Shown: positions 46,705-60,003, numbered from the stretch's first letter. The stretch: 64,000 nt of DNA from Neoechinorhynchus agilis (GCA_051530055.1 JBMGUZ010000009.1:1-64000); one strand, 5' to 3'. The notes: a model not told the origin generated them from the sequence alone. A program made the numbers and translations.

Positions 46705-49194
46705 TTTACGTACTGAATAGAAAAAAGTAGATATTATTCAGATTGTCAAAATTTAGTACATGCATCACCGATAATGAAAACTTTTAAAAAAGATATTTTA
46801 ATCATGTAAAAAACATGAAAGTTGTATTTCAATAGATTCGCTTTGATTTTTAAAATACAGTTCTACCTATGAAAAATCATCGCCAATCATACTCTCTCGT
46901 TAGAGAAAAATGCAAAAATTTATGCAATAAGCAGCAATTTTCTTTTTTTGCGATTGATGAATCTACCATATGTAGTTAATGTGATAATTTTCGATTATAG
47001 TTTTTCATCCAATCAGCATTCTATTTGCTTTGTTGAGTAGACCCTGTGTGGGCGTTCTTATACAAGGTTACGTCCGTAATAGTTGAAACTCCACGTTTCC
47101 GAACTCCGCGGATTTCCACACATGAATGACTGCGTAAAAATGTGATTGATTGAACAGTTTAACTTTAAGAACTCACATAGCTTCAATATGAACTGTAACT
47201 TGTTTCGGAGCAACACATAACATTATAGCTTCGGCAATTTCTGAGGTTAGACGTTCCTGGACTTAAATGTAAAATGTTTTTATTTTAACCGAAAAACCAA
47301 AAACGTACCTTGAAGTCTTCTGCTATACATATCTATTACCCTGGTTACGAAGATCGAAATGATTAATAGTTTTTGCATCAAGTGTAGCTTATCCGTTCAC
47401 TCCATTATAAGTAGAGTTTTAATTAAACATTGTAGTTTTTAATGTATTTGAAATGATTTGCCCAGAAAATCAGTCGTGTGGGGTATAATCACTTTAAATA
47501 CACTCAAAATGTAACCGGCTAGCCAGGCATACAATAAATATTTTTGGTTTTTCATAGAAATAGTTCATTTAAATTTCCCGACGATTTTTAAAATAAGAAT
47601 ACCGACGTTTCTTCAATAAAATTTTTTCTTAAAGTATTTGGTTATCGACATTCAATGTGAAGCTCTTGTTAATATATACTTGTAAGATTTTTGTTAAATT
47701 TAATTACAGAATAAATAGTTACTTAACCATAATGCACTCCAAGCTGCATTAATGCGCAAAGTTTTAAAATTTTTAGAGCTGTAATTTTTTTCTATCAATT
47801 TTTAATCTATGTGCAAATCGGTTGAATGAATCAATTATGGACTGACTGGATTCGCGGCCCATTAGATTAAAATCTACGTCTTACCTTGCAAACTTACTAA
47901 GACCAAGGATCCTTCCGTCCGGTTTATACGTAATGCATACCTAAAAGATTTTTTTAAAATCAGTTCATTAAAATAATCTTACACTGCCCCAAAATGGTAG
48001 TAAATGGTGCTCACAAATCGAACTGAACGTTACATCTCTCACGGTTACAGTTCCGTCACCTTCGTAATCAAAAACTCCTACGTTTACAATCTCTGAGCAT
48101 CAATGGAGTAGTTAAACTTATTTGTGAGCAGTTATTCTACCTTTCAGAGATTCCCGATAACCAGCAGTGAGTTCCCTAATCGCATTGGCCGCTCTGATAT
48201 GCGTATTCTTAACTGCTTCCCGATTTTTAACGTCCTCAGGAAGTTCAAGTTCGTTCAGAATGTTTTGAAAATGCTGACTGAGCGTATCCTAAGACCATCG
48301 CTGGAATGTACTAAGATTTGAAAACCAAACCTACCATTTTATTCTGACTAGGCACGAGTGGAAAAGTCTATTTATGCCGCTTCGTACCCATGATATTTGT
48401 AAAGACGACTAGCACCACACTCATTTAATATGCAACGTTTTAAGAGACTTGTGCAGCCGATTGTGCGGATCGATTTGCTGTATTGACGAAGGAGGCGAAG
48501 TTGAAAAGACGCAATTGCATAATCGATATTTTTTAGACGAGCATTATAATTCATGCTTTGTGTAGACGACGTATTCTGAGAAATATTCAAATTTATCAAA
48601 GACCAGAATGTGCAAATTGCAAAACCGTTTTACATTTTCAAACCGAACGTGACTTCATCTCGTTCTTAGCTTCTACTCTTCAAAGTTGTGGTGTACTTAT
48701 GTTTGTTTCACTCAACAATTTTTATGCAGCCTACTATGTTCATCTTTCACTAGACGAAATTTTTGATGTCAGTTTCACTCTTTTTGGTCTTTAAGATGTG
48801 CAACAAATTATTGATAACCGTCGTCATGGCAACAAAATCTCAGAAGTGTCGGAAAGGACACAAAATTAGATTCTTTAAAGAGTAGACAGCAAAGTGACCT
48901 CGATTTCCACCGCCCATCATGAAAGCATTAAAGCTGACAGCAGTTTGAGCTCCGACGAAAACTGTTCTAGTCGCGTTCTCGGACTTGAGAAGCATTCTCA
49001 ACGTTGGGAGTTCTTCATTCAATCGTGAGAACGATGAGTCATTTATCATCTTGAAAGCTACGGATGGTACAAGCTCATAATGTTGGCCACAAGTAGAATT
49101 CCTGGAACAGATAGCTTAGAGATGATGGTCGAAGCGAGCCTATTAATACGATCTGATCGCAATCTTTTTAGCGGAAATTTTAGTTTTGTTTGTG

Positions 49195-49375
49195 CTTGAG
49201 TAGAGACGTATCGAGCGACTGAAGAAATTGAGAGAAACGACCGGCGGCGCACGAGCAGGTGTATTCCTGCGACAAAATATCTCGCTCGCAGTACAACGAG
49301 GTAATGCTGCCAGCGTGATAGCGACAGCCGAGGAAGGAGAGAAGCTCCAATTTTGCGGACGGTGCTGATTTCATC
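49195..49375 (+). mobile_element. CRE-like 3' fragment
   Basis: FLRQNISLAVQRGNAASVIATAEEG-encoding segment. Confidence 0.8.
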
Positions 49376-49525
49376 GGACGTTCTCCATAACCATTGTTCA
49401 TTTCTCGATTTCTTATAGCGCAAGTGTATCACTCATTGAGATTTCTTCGTAAAAGCAAGTATGAAAAATAAATAGTTTCTTTATCGGAAACAGCAAGAAT
49501 ATGAATAAATCTCCTTTATGAAAAG

Positions 49526-51179
49526 TCATAACTGCCTTTCATAAATCCCAAAGCGACAATTAAGCTTACATTCCTTCTTCGTTATAAAATTGTTGCTGTT
49601 CCCTTGACACCCCCCATAAAAAAATCGCCGGCATCGTTTTCCATCAAAATAAAATCGTACAATTGAACCTCGGCATGGACCTCGATCCTTGGGTTGCTCG
49701 CATGCCATTGGACTGATCGCTGTTGGGTTAAAGATGCAAAATATGCTTGCCAAAGATTGAACAACACTAACCAGGACGTAAACCTCCAGTGTTTTCACCC
49801 GGATAACCACCGATTCCAACACAGATCCTTTCACACGTTTTCCTTGTTTCAAAATTGTTTTTGTTCCCTTGACATCCTCCATAAATAAATCGCCGGCATC
49901 GGTTTCCATCAAAATAAAACCTTAAAATTGTGCTTCGGCATGGGCCTGCATCTTTAGGTTGCTGGCATCGCATTGGATCAGGTGCTATGCTCTCGATAAA
50001 CTATACCGAAATAAAACAATGTCAACTTACGCGGAACAAAATCAGAGCCACTTCCACCCACTTGGCCGTGCCGATGCTTACATTCCAGCTCACACTCCTT
50101 TTTGGATTCGAAATTGTTTCCATTTCCTTGACATCCACCGTATATAAATCTTTTGCAACTCTGGGTTGTATAGTCATAGCAGTACCTTTGGATCGCTGCC
50201 TTACAGGGACCTGGATCAACCGGGAGTCGGCATTTAAATCCACCACCATCTTTAATTGCATAAATTAAAGTTTAATAAGAAATCGAACTTACCATGGTGT
50301 GAACCGTCGTCGCTTCCGTCCACTTGGCCGTGCCGATGCTTACATTCCAGCTCACACTCCTTTTTGGATTCGAAATTGTTTCCATTTCCTTGACATCCAC
50401 CGTATATAAATCTTTTGCAACTCTGGGTTGTATAGTCATAGCGGTACCTTTGGATCGCTGCCTTACAGGGACCTGGATCAACCGGGAGTCGGCATTTAAA
50501 TCCACCACCATCTTTAATTGCATAAATTAAAGTTTAATAAGAAATCGAACTTACCATGGTGTGAACCGTCGTCGCTTCCGTCCACTTGGCCGTGCCGATG
50601 CTTACATTCCTGCTCGCACTGCTTTTCGGATTCGAAATTGTTTCCATTTCCTTGACATCCACCGTATATAAATCTTTTGCAACTCTGGGTTGTATAGTCA
50701 TAGCGGTACCTTTGGATCGCTGCCTTACAGGGACCTGGATCAACCGGGAGTCGGCATTTAAATCCACCACCATCTTTAATTGCATAAATTAAAGTTTAAT
50801 AAGAAATCGAACTTACCATGGTGTGAACCGTCGTCGCTTCCGTCCACTTGGCCGTGCCGATGCTTACATTCCTGCTCGCACTGCTTTTCGGATTCGAAAT
50901 TGTTTCCATTTCCTTGACATCCACCGTATATAAATCTTTTGCAACTCTGGGTTATATAATCATAGCGGTACCTTTGGACCGCTGCCTTACAGGGACCTGG
51001 ATCAGCCGGGAGCAGGCATTTAAATCCACCAGAGTCTATAAAGTGTTGCTAGAGAAGGTTTTAAATTAAATTCGCTAACCTCGTTCATCAAAAACGCTCA
51101 GAGTCGAGTTTTTTCTAGGAACTCTACCCGTGAGGCATGCATCGATTAAGGAAACAGCCAGAAAGAGTAGAAAAGTCAT
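49526..51179 (-). CDS. Secreted six-domain Kunitz/BPTI serine protease inhibitor, 7 exons, 460 aa
   Basis: Exons 51179-51080 (signal peptide MTFLLFLAVSLIDAC), 51035-50817, 50773-50555, 50511-50293, 50249-50031, 49984-49772 and 49719-49526, all joined by phase-1 GT-AG introns of 43-52 nt. Each of exons 2-7 has C..GPC..(F/Y)xYGGCxGNxNNF..C...C. Confidence 0.93.
50031..51035. repeat. 262-bp tandem repeat x4 (Kunitz exon + intron module)
   Basis: 219-nt exon + 43-nt intron units, nearly identical including the introns. Confidence 0.95.
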
Positions 51180-51344
51180 ATCGTTTATTGTCAGTTTTGA
51201 ACACTGCTTCTTAGAGGCAACATATTAAATCACTTAGCAGTTCCACATCTGCACTCATGACATTATAATTTATATTTCGAGCGACAGTTGCTCCATGTGG
51301 TGCATCGTGAGCTCTTTATTTATTTTTGACGGACAAATCAAATC

Positions 51345-51460
51345 CTACCGACATTCACACCACCGTTCTGGATCACTCAGCTGCCGTCCTGGTATAATGG
51401 TCGAAAGGACCGATGCAGCGTTCCCCAGTTGCACAAAGTAATGTTTTGTAGGAAGAATGC
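51345..51460 (-). mobile_element. CRE-like 3' fragment
   Basis: VQLGNAASVLSTI motif. Confidence 0.6.
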
Positions 51461-51949
51461 TAATAACCTTGGATCGCCAGTTATTCGTCTCAATCTCTTG
51501 GACAATTTTTGACCAAGTCTTGCGCCGCGGTACTAAACGACCACAGTGTCGCGACGTCAAAGGAAACGAAATAATGATTGCGGCTCAGTTCCCTCAATTT
51601 AATTTTTTGTGGTCCTCAACGACTGTTGCTTCCCTGTTTTAATAGTGGCGAATTTTATATGGCTGTCAGCGAATGGCGTCCCAGAGAAGGCATTTTCCTT
51701 CTATATTGTAGCACCGTCCGGTCCTGGTGACAGACCCTTCGACAAGCTGGTCAGGAGGTAAAACGAACTCGTCGCATCCAATGAAATCACCATACTCACA
51801 ACTTACAAACGAGGAATATTATGGGCGTACACCGTAGTCGACGCGACAGGACGAGGCACGGTCTTACCGAGAAATGACAGAGGGTACCCGATAAATGGAC
51901 GATGCCGGGACGCGAGCAAGCTTGCTCCGGCGAGAAGTCGAATCCATCG

Positions 51950-52630
51950 TCATGGATCAGAAGACATTTCATGTTATTTCTTTTTATGCTCCACAAACCG
52001 GACGCGATGAAAAAGGAAAAGAAGATTTTCGGCAAATATTGGGCGAGGTCGAACGAGAAGTCCCGACTGTTTACCAAAATTTAGCCGGAGATCTCAACGG
52101 ATGAAAGTGTCCATCGTCATGCATCAGAAGATTGTTCTTGTTGTTTCTTTTTATGCGCCACAAACCGAACGCGATGAAAAAGAAAAAGAAGATTTTTTTC
52201 AACTATTGGGCGAAGTTGCACGAGAAGTCCCGATTGTTGACTACCTAATTTTAGCCGGAGATCTCAACGGATGAAAGTGTCCATCGTCATGATTAGAAGA
52301 TTGTTCTTGTTGTTTCTTTTTATGCTCCACAAACCGGACGCGATGAAAAAGAAAAAGAAGATTTTTTTCAACTATTGGGCGAAGTTGCACGAGAAGTCCC
52401 GATTGTTGACTACCTAATTTTAGCCGGAGATCTCAACGGATGAAAGTGTCCATCGTCATGATTAGAAGATTGTTCTTGTTGTTTCTTTTTATGCGCCACA
52501 AACCGGACGCGATGAAAAAGAAAAAGAAGATTTTTTTCAACTATTGGGCGAAGTTGCACGAGAAGTCCCGATTGTTGACTACCTAATTATAGCCGGAGAT
52601 ATCAACGGACGAAAGTGTCCATCGTCATGC
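51950..52630 (+). repeat. 169/170-bp tandem repeat x4 derived from an RTE-type AP endonuclease segment
   Basis: GATCTCAACGG at 52090, 52260, 52429 and (variant) 52598. Each unit encodes VxSFYAPQ..EKEDF..L.E......LAGDLNG. Confidence 0.9.
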
Positions 52631-52899
52631 ATCAGAATTTCTTTCAGGTCCCTAACTTTCTTTCACGATGATCGGACTTGATGTTATTGATTCTTGTCGG
52701 TCACGTAAAAGAAGCTGCTCCGGCGGCCAGACAGCTCTGATAGTACCCTGCCAACACCGAGTCGGTGTGCAACTCCACTTGGTGATGCGGCAGCAAACGG
52801 CAGCAATAAAATCCACCAGTGCAACGGGAAAAAGCGCGGGCGTCGTAGCTCTCGCCGACGACTTGAGCGTCGAAATGAGCGAAACTGTCGCCGAAGGCA

Positions 52900-54465
52900 A
52901 CGAAAGCGTCAGTCGAAGCTCATCACCGTGGTGGGTACGGACTGTTCAGGCGGCGCTGACAACCGTTAGCCCTTTGGCCGAGCTATTTCAGATAGAAGAC
53001 AGCCGGTACTTGGTTGAGGCGCTGGAGCGGCATGACCTCGTGTCTGCTAACACTTTATTCCGGAAGCGTCCGTGGCGTTTGGCGACGTTTATGGGTCAAA
53101 AGAATCCGTCCAAACATGCCATGGGAAAAAATCCCAAGAGACGCTTAGCTCAGCTTGACCATATATTGTTGAGACGTAGGGGAAAATGTCGGGTCAAAAA
53201 CGCTGACACGTTCACAGTTGATGGGCTGCCAACCGACCACAAGTTGGTGATGTGTCAGTTGAGCAAGAGTGACTCGTTGTTCCGTACGCCTCAACATCCT
53301 CCACGTCCGTTCTATGGTGCCCTCGCTAATGAGGAGAAGAGGAAAGAGTTCGATATCGAACTAGAGAATCAACTGAGCTCGATGCCAGCTGCTGAAACGG
53401 ATATTGATTTTTACTACAAGTCAATCTGCGACGCAGTGACCGAAGCGGCCGAGAAAACCCTCCCAAAAATGAGGCGTATAAAAGCTTCAAAGGTTATATG
53501 GCAGGAGGACTGTGAATTTATTGCAGTGGCTGAGCAGATCAAAACTCTAAGAAAAAGAGGAAAACGATCTGAGGCTCACATTGCAAGTCTTGTACTTGCC
53601 AACCTCTATAATGAAAAGCAAAAGGCTTCGATGGAGGATGCAGTTCGCTGGATCGCATATAAGAAAGGTTTTGTTCGTGCCTCCTTAACATGGAGAGCGA
53701 TAAACACTCTCACGGGAAGATCCCAAAGACAGCCAACTTTGATTGTAGGTCCCTCCCCAGAAATCAGAAAAAAGCGAATCGCAAATTATTTTGCGGAAAT
53801 TCTCAATTCGCCATTATCGTCTTTGGAAGTGAGTCGTGCACTTTCAAAAGGCACAATCGTCCCAAGCACTGAGGCATACTTCACTGGACCGATTTCCGCG
53901 AAGGAAGCGATCGCTGCGGCGAAAATGATGCGTGCAGTACGTGCATCATGCCCAGATGGGATAATGGCAGAGGTACTGAGGTTTGAATCTATTGCCAGAA
54001 AAATCATACCGATAATGAATGGCATAATGAATGGTGGCTCAGTATCTCAAATCTGGCAAATGGCGCATTTAACAATGATCCCTAAGAAATGGTGCTCGAC
54101 AAAGGTGGAGGACTACAGAGGTATATCCTTGATGTCCAACACGGCAAAACTTTTCAGCAGCATTTTGAGACGCCGAGTTCAGCCAATCCTCGAACCGTTT
54201 CTAAGAATTGAACAGAACGGCTTCAGGAAAGGTCCAGACACCACATAGCACATATTGGCTTTGAAGAGGATCCTCGAGGAGGCACGAATTCATCAAGCGG
54301 ATGTGACGCTGGTATTTGTTGATGTTCGTCGAGCATTCGATTCGGTAAATCGAACGATGATTGGCGGTATCTTAAAGGAGTATGGAGTGCCGCCGATCAT
54401 TTTCACATCCGTTATGGCATTATATAAAAACACAAGGTCCGCCGTAAAGACAGCTGACGGTTTGC
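52900..54465 (+). mobile_element. RTE-like LINE fragment (APE end + RT N-half)
   Basis: QLDHILL..TDHKLV, CPDGI, YRGISLM..AKLF, EQNGFR and VFVDVRRAFDSV. Truncated at 54465. Confidence 0.85.
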
Positions 54466-56080
54466 TCCAACGGATTCAAATACCTGCTCACAATGGTTCA
54501 CCGACACACGCGGTGGCCCGAGGCCGTAACGGTGAGCGACATCACTGCGGAGACCTGCGTAAAGGCTTTCCTCGGCACCTGGGTGGCCCGGTTAGGAAAC
54601 CAGTTCACCTCTGGTATCTGGACCAACCTCGGGGAGGCTCTCGGAGTAGAAGTCCACCGTACGACCGCCTGCCACCCGCAAGCCAATGGCATGGTAGAGC
54701 GTTTCCACCGGCCACGTAGCCGGTCAGAACAACGTAATCGCGGACTCTCTCTCGTCCTCCAGTGGTGTCCGGCGTCTCCCTGGGAATCGACTACGAACGG
54801 TTGGCCGCGGACCAGAAGGCCGACGACGAGTACATTCCCTGCCAGACCGCCTGTACGGCGACCGATGAGGCATGTAATCTCGGCTCTCACTTCGTACTCC
54901 CGAAGAGCTTCTCGTATCTCATCTACTCGATTTGCATGGATCAGGGAAAGGATAGTACAGCAGCTGAAAATAAGGATATCTCCCAGGCAGGACCGGCCTT
55001 GCTCTGCGACGTCTCCACGGACCAGCCCAGGCCGTGGCTTCCGCTTGCCTGACGCAGCCGGATCTTCCATCTCATCCACGACACTGCGCACCCCGGGGCC
55101 AACGGTTCGTGTGGCACAGCCTGGCAAAGAACGTCCGCCCATGGTCGAGGGCCTGCGTCCCCTGCCAGCGGTCCAAAGTCCACAGACATGTCAAGAGCGA
55201 CCTCTTTGCATTCTGGCTGCCGGCCACCCGCTTCGCCCAAGTTCACGTAGACTTGGTTGGACCCCTTCCACCCTCCAACGGATTCAAATACCTGCTCACA
55301 ATGGTTCACCGACACACGCGGTGGCCCGAGGCCGTAACGGTGAGCGACATCACTGCGGAGACCTGCATAAAGGCTTTCCTCGGCGCCTGGGTGGCCCGGT
55401 TAGGAAACCAGTTCACCTCTGGTATCTGGACCAACCTCGGGGAGGCTCTCGGAGTATAAGTCCACCGTACGACCGCCTACCACCCGCAAGCCAATGGCAT
55501 GGTAGAGCGTTTCCACCGTCAGCTCGGCGTGGGCCAGAGACCTGCCTTGGGTCCTTTTGGAGCTCTGGACCTTGACCAAGGAAGATCTGGGTTGTTCCCG
55601 GGAGTTTGTGTAGGACGCGGCATCGGAGATACCCAGCCTTCGTCTTACCCAACTAAGAGATAAGTTGATAGACTTGGTGCCCATGCCTCCCAGGTGGACA
55701 ACAAATCCAAACAGAAACACCCCGACCAGAGTGCCGGTTCCTCTCGACAAAGCCGAGTTTGTGTTTGTCAGGGTTGACGCGGTCAAGCCCCCGCTCTGCT
55801 GTCAGTACGATGGTCTGTACCGGTTCCTGCAGGCCGGGGCCAAGACCTTCAATATAGAAATCAATGGGAGAGAAGATCACGTCTCTGTGGACCGATCAAA
55901 GAAAGCTCACGTGATCACGCAAACCAATGACCACGTCCCGGTACCCCAAATCACTCCCCGGGTGCTGCCTTCAGTACCTTCTCTCAAGCCACAGACGACT
56001 CGCTGTGGCCTTCAAGTCAAAAGACTAACACGTTTCCAAGACGCAATGGATTAATGCGGCGACACTGGAGGGAGGTATGC
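54465..56080 (+). mobile_element. Gypsy integrase region with a duplicated ~246-bp block, PPT and LTR start
   Basis: HVDLVGPLPPSNGFKYLLTMV..TRWPEA and PQANGMVERFHR. Block 54465-54710 is repeated at 55273-55518. PPT GGAGGGAGG at 56067-56075, then TG. Confidence 0.88.
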
Positions 56081-56219
56081 CTGGCGTGCGATCGTAGAAA
56101 AATATTTGTTGGCGAACAGACAGAAAAGCAACACATATTTGACCACTGTAGAGGACAATAGTAAATACTTTGTCTTGATTGCGTGTCGCCGCTAAAAGTA
56201 CTCAGAAGATGGCGAGAAT

Positions 56220-57120
56220 ACTATCAAATCGCGTCGATCGAAGAGTTCCCCACCTGCGAATCCCTTGCTTCCCTGAAAATCTCGGTCTCCGAAATGAATT
56301 TAGCACAGATGAAGTCACAGGAGCCATATAATCGATGAAATCGTAGAATGCAGCTAGGCCGGGTTACATAGCAGGGGGCTTGTTGAAGGCAAGTTGCTGG
56401 AGTCCTGTGCCGTGGCTCGCCAGGTTTTTCAATAAAATCTTCGAGGAAGGTCGAATTCTCAATGACTGGCAAGAGAGAGAGTATGACTATTTCGATCTTT
56501 AAGAAGAAAAGCACACCGACCGAATGCTGCAATCATCCTGCCAAAAATATTGAAGCGAATTATCGACAGTCGAATTCGTGGACTCGTTAACATTACCATC
56601 ACTGCCTTTTTGGATCTGTAGAAAGCTTTTGATCGTGTCCCCCGTGAGCTTATTTGGTACGTACTCCGTGAACACCTAATCCTGGAAAGTTTAATCAAGT
56701 GTGTCCAAATTCTTTACCAGGAGGATCCAAATAGGAGGGTGAAATGTGCAGCTGGAATATGGAAACCATTCGAAATATCTGTAGGCGTCCGCCAAGGAAG
56801 TGCCCTCTTCCCACTTCTAGTTATGGAAACGATAACCCGCGATATCCAACGCCCGTGCGATACACGCTACTATATGCAAATGGCATCCTCCTTGCATCGA
56901 ACGATAGAACGGGATTAACAAAGTTGGCATAAGAATGGAGTGATAGACTTGTGAGGCGGCTTGGACTACAGGTAAACTTGGACAAAACAGAATACTCTCG
57001 ACAAACGATGAAAACGATCTGGCTACTATTTTCATCAATGAGAAACATATCAAACCGGTGAACAAGTTTAAATAGTTAATCTCGGTAATTTCTGATGATG
57101 GTGATCTCGAATGCGACTTA
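56220..57120 (+). mobile_element. Degenerate RTE LINE RT fragment
   Basis: AFLDL*KAFDRVPRELIWY, VGVRQGSAL, TLLYANGI and VNLDKTE. Confidence 0.8.
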
Positions 57121-58101
57121 AATTTATCGCAGAACTATGCCGACAAGATGGATTTAGCTTTCCAAGCGATTCACAGTTTTTTCGTTTAAAATCACGTAAA
57201 TTCACAGTTTATGAGAGCCGACAACGTTGTTGTTGACCTAGTACTCCACATTACATGTCATTAGTCATACTTCTATCTCTTCTTACTTTTTTCATACGCA
57301 CACCTTAGTAAATCAAAAGTTTTCAGTCTTGAAAGATCATAGCTTTCGTGCACAGTATGAATTCGTTGCTGATTACGATCTCAGTATTGATAACCCAATC
57401 TCTACCGATGGTTCCGATAAGTAAGAAAAACTCAAGGCAGCCAATAGAATCTACAATCACATTTGACGTCCTTAAAGAAAGCATCTATAATGAAAGTATT
57501 AACGTAGATCAATGATCTCAATATTGGCCTAAAATATTGACGACCAGTGATGAAGATCGATGCGGACGGAAACTGCGTAAACATGTACATTACAAGATAG
57601 TTTACAGAACTCCTAGGGCAGGAATCCATAGCCTCAAATTTCGATACGATTTCATTTATTCTAAGCAAACACTTTCATTTTTCCCTATAATAAATGAAAA
57701 GTTTGTTTTCAGGGATATTCCAATGGTGTCATCTACACCCGAGACGCTTTAAATCCACCTACTCTTACCTGGATAAACAACAATTATCCAATTGTAGAAT
57801 TTATAATCCTTATGAGGCGATATCCGGCTGCGTATAAATACCTCGATGATTATACGTTTAAAGATGCGAAGCGAGCGATTTTGAAGCAACATAAGGTGGA
57901 AAAATGGACGCCAAAATTTGCTACTTTTTATAGCAAGTTCCACTGCCCAGGTCTCATTAAGATCCCAAACTCGAAATAATAACAAAGCTCAAAGGAAAAT
58001 ATTCTAAAACGAATAAATAAAATGCTTAATAAATTTGTAAAGATGTTCATCATTTACTTTTTTTATAGTGACACGAACTTACATATTTAAAAAATTACAA
58101 G

Positions 58102-58147
58102 CAATAGACTGAAGAAGGCCTACGCGAAGGCCGAAAAATATCAAATG
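58102..58147 (+). ncRNA. Hammerhead ribozyme motif (degenerate helix I/III)
   Basis: CTGAAGA-A-GGCCT..AGGCC-GAAA. Same family as the 3191 motif. Confidence 0.5.
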
Positions 58148-59574
58148 ATTTAATTATTGTAATTCGCGATAAAAAAGCTTAATAAATTAAAAGTAATTAA
58201 TAATAAACATTTATTCGAAAACTATAATTTTTGTTTATAACATTTTTAATTGTTGTTCTACCTCAGCGGCTATTCGATCATTGTTCATCTCGATCACGAA
58301 TTAATTTCTAATTTATAGATTGAGTAAATGCTGGAAATGCTTGCAATAATAGAATTTTTACCAATTTTTTAAGCTTGTTCTCAATTTCTAGCAAACGTCT
58401 ATCTTGTCGAACTTAACTTTATTTAATAAATCCAAGATGATATTAGGATTTGCAATTTCGCCATTCGAGCGTCGAATAGGGATGCATTTTTTTTCCTAAT
58501 CTTTTGGCAGCTGCTACTTTTTTAAATATTCTATCTGATGATGGAGATGAGAAAAGGAGCTCGAAATGCTTCACCTACGCGCTCGGAATTAGAGGTTAGT
58601 AATGAAGAAAACTTTAATTGGCGAGCAAGATGTTGAAGAAGATCCTTGATAAACAATCAGAAGAATTACTTAATCACTTCGTATCTGTCCTACAGCCGTT
58701 TGGAAGATCTTTGCTTCACAAAAAGTGTGATCGGTAGATCCCAGAGATCTTGATAAGTGAGAAAAAAAATTTATTCGGCAAAGGCAAACCATGGATCGAA
58801 CAAGTGAGGAGAAAGCGACCAGAGTGCATACGAGAGAGCTGTCATCGATTTACAAAAAATTAACATACAAACGTGTTTTTACATATAATAAGCAATTTAC
58901 ATTTTTAACATTTAAATTTCACACATAAGCGTATGGGATCGGCGGAGAATATGTTAAACCGCAATAAAGTGTTGCCATATGATGATTTTTTTGGATAATC
59001 GACCGAGCCACCTTGGAGTTATCTAAAATAATCGCAAATTTTATGGAAAAACCCTCGTACATTTGAACAACATCTTTGCTTTTAACGTACGTAAAAGACG
59101 AATTCAAAATAAAATTCGGACTGAGCTACTTAACTTTTCATGTAATTTGCATAATACGATCTTAATAAAAACAATAATCTTGACGCTCTTCTTGCTTAAA
59201 AATTCTCATTAAAGAAAATGTAATCTTTCCAGCAAATGTTGCGCTTTTAAAGAATATGATTGTTCATGTTACTCGAATCTCAATTTCATCAGATCGTTAA
59301 TAAATGATTATAAACATTTGCAATCATATCGAACTTTCAAAAATTATTGTATACTAAAATGTCGCATCTATCATGAAAAACATAAATTGGCGATTAGCCG
59401 CTGGAAATTACTAAAAGAAATTTCTAATCGAATAACAAATCGGGTTAAGTGCATTAAAATTAACTCCTTTTAACTGTTGCTCTAAGCGAGGGAACTTTAA
59501 ATTCTTTGTCAAGCAATAATAAAAGAAATTAGAATTTGCCGTAGGCATCGAGTTTCCAGCCGTATTTTCATAAA

Positions 59575-60003
59575 AACACAAAAATCATCGCAGATCCTTT
59601 TAACGAAGACAATAAATACAAGAGCTGGCGCCTTCCTGCACCAAAACATTGGTCTCGCGATCATAAGAGGAAACGCAGCGAGTGTGGTCGCGACCACTGA
59701 GGGGAGAGCGATGCCTTTTCTTCGTGGACGGTGGTGATTGTTTAAACGTTTTTTTTGTGTGTGAATGAAAGCGTTCAAAATATAGAGCTCTCAAGGAATT
59801 ACCATTTCGTTCCTTTTGCCGTGGAAACGTATAAAGCCTTGGAACCATCAGCGCTCAATCTCCTCGGCGATTTTGGACGAAGGGCGAAAAGGATGACGGG
59901 GGAACCGCGCTCGAGAAATTTCATCGCTCAACGAATCGCAATTGCGATACAGCGAGGGAACGCTGCCAGTATATGGGCAACGTCGGGATGTTTACAAGAA
60001 TGA
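59575..60003 (+). mobile_element. Two adjacent CRE-like 3' fragments from different subfamilies
   Basis: AFLHQNIGLAIIRGNAASVVAT at ~59620-59700 and FVPFAVETY..FIAQRIAIAIQRGNAASI at ~59800-59980. Confidence 0.8.

Noticed and set aside
48124-49050. Cys-containing short ORFs including CANCKT (GATA-like)
   Set aside because: The rest of the GATA finger is absent and no coherent gene model could be built.
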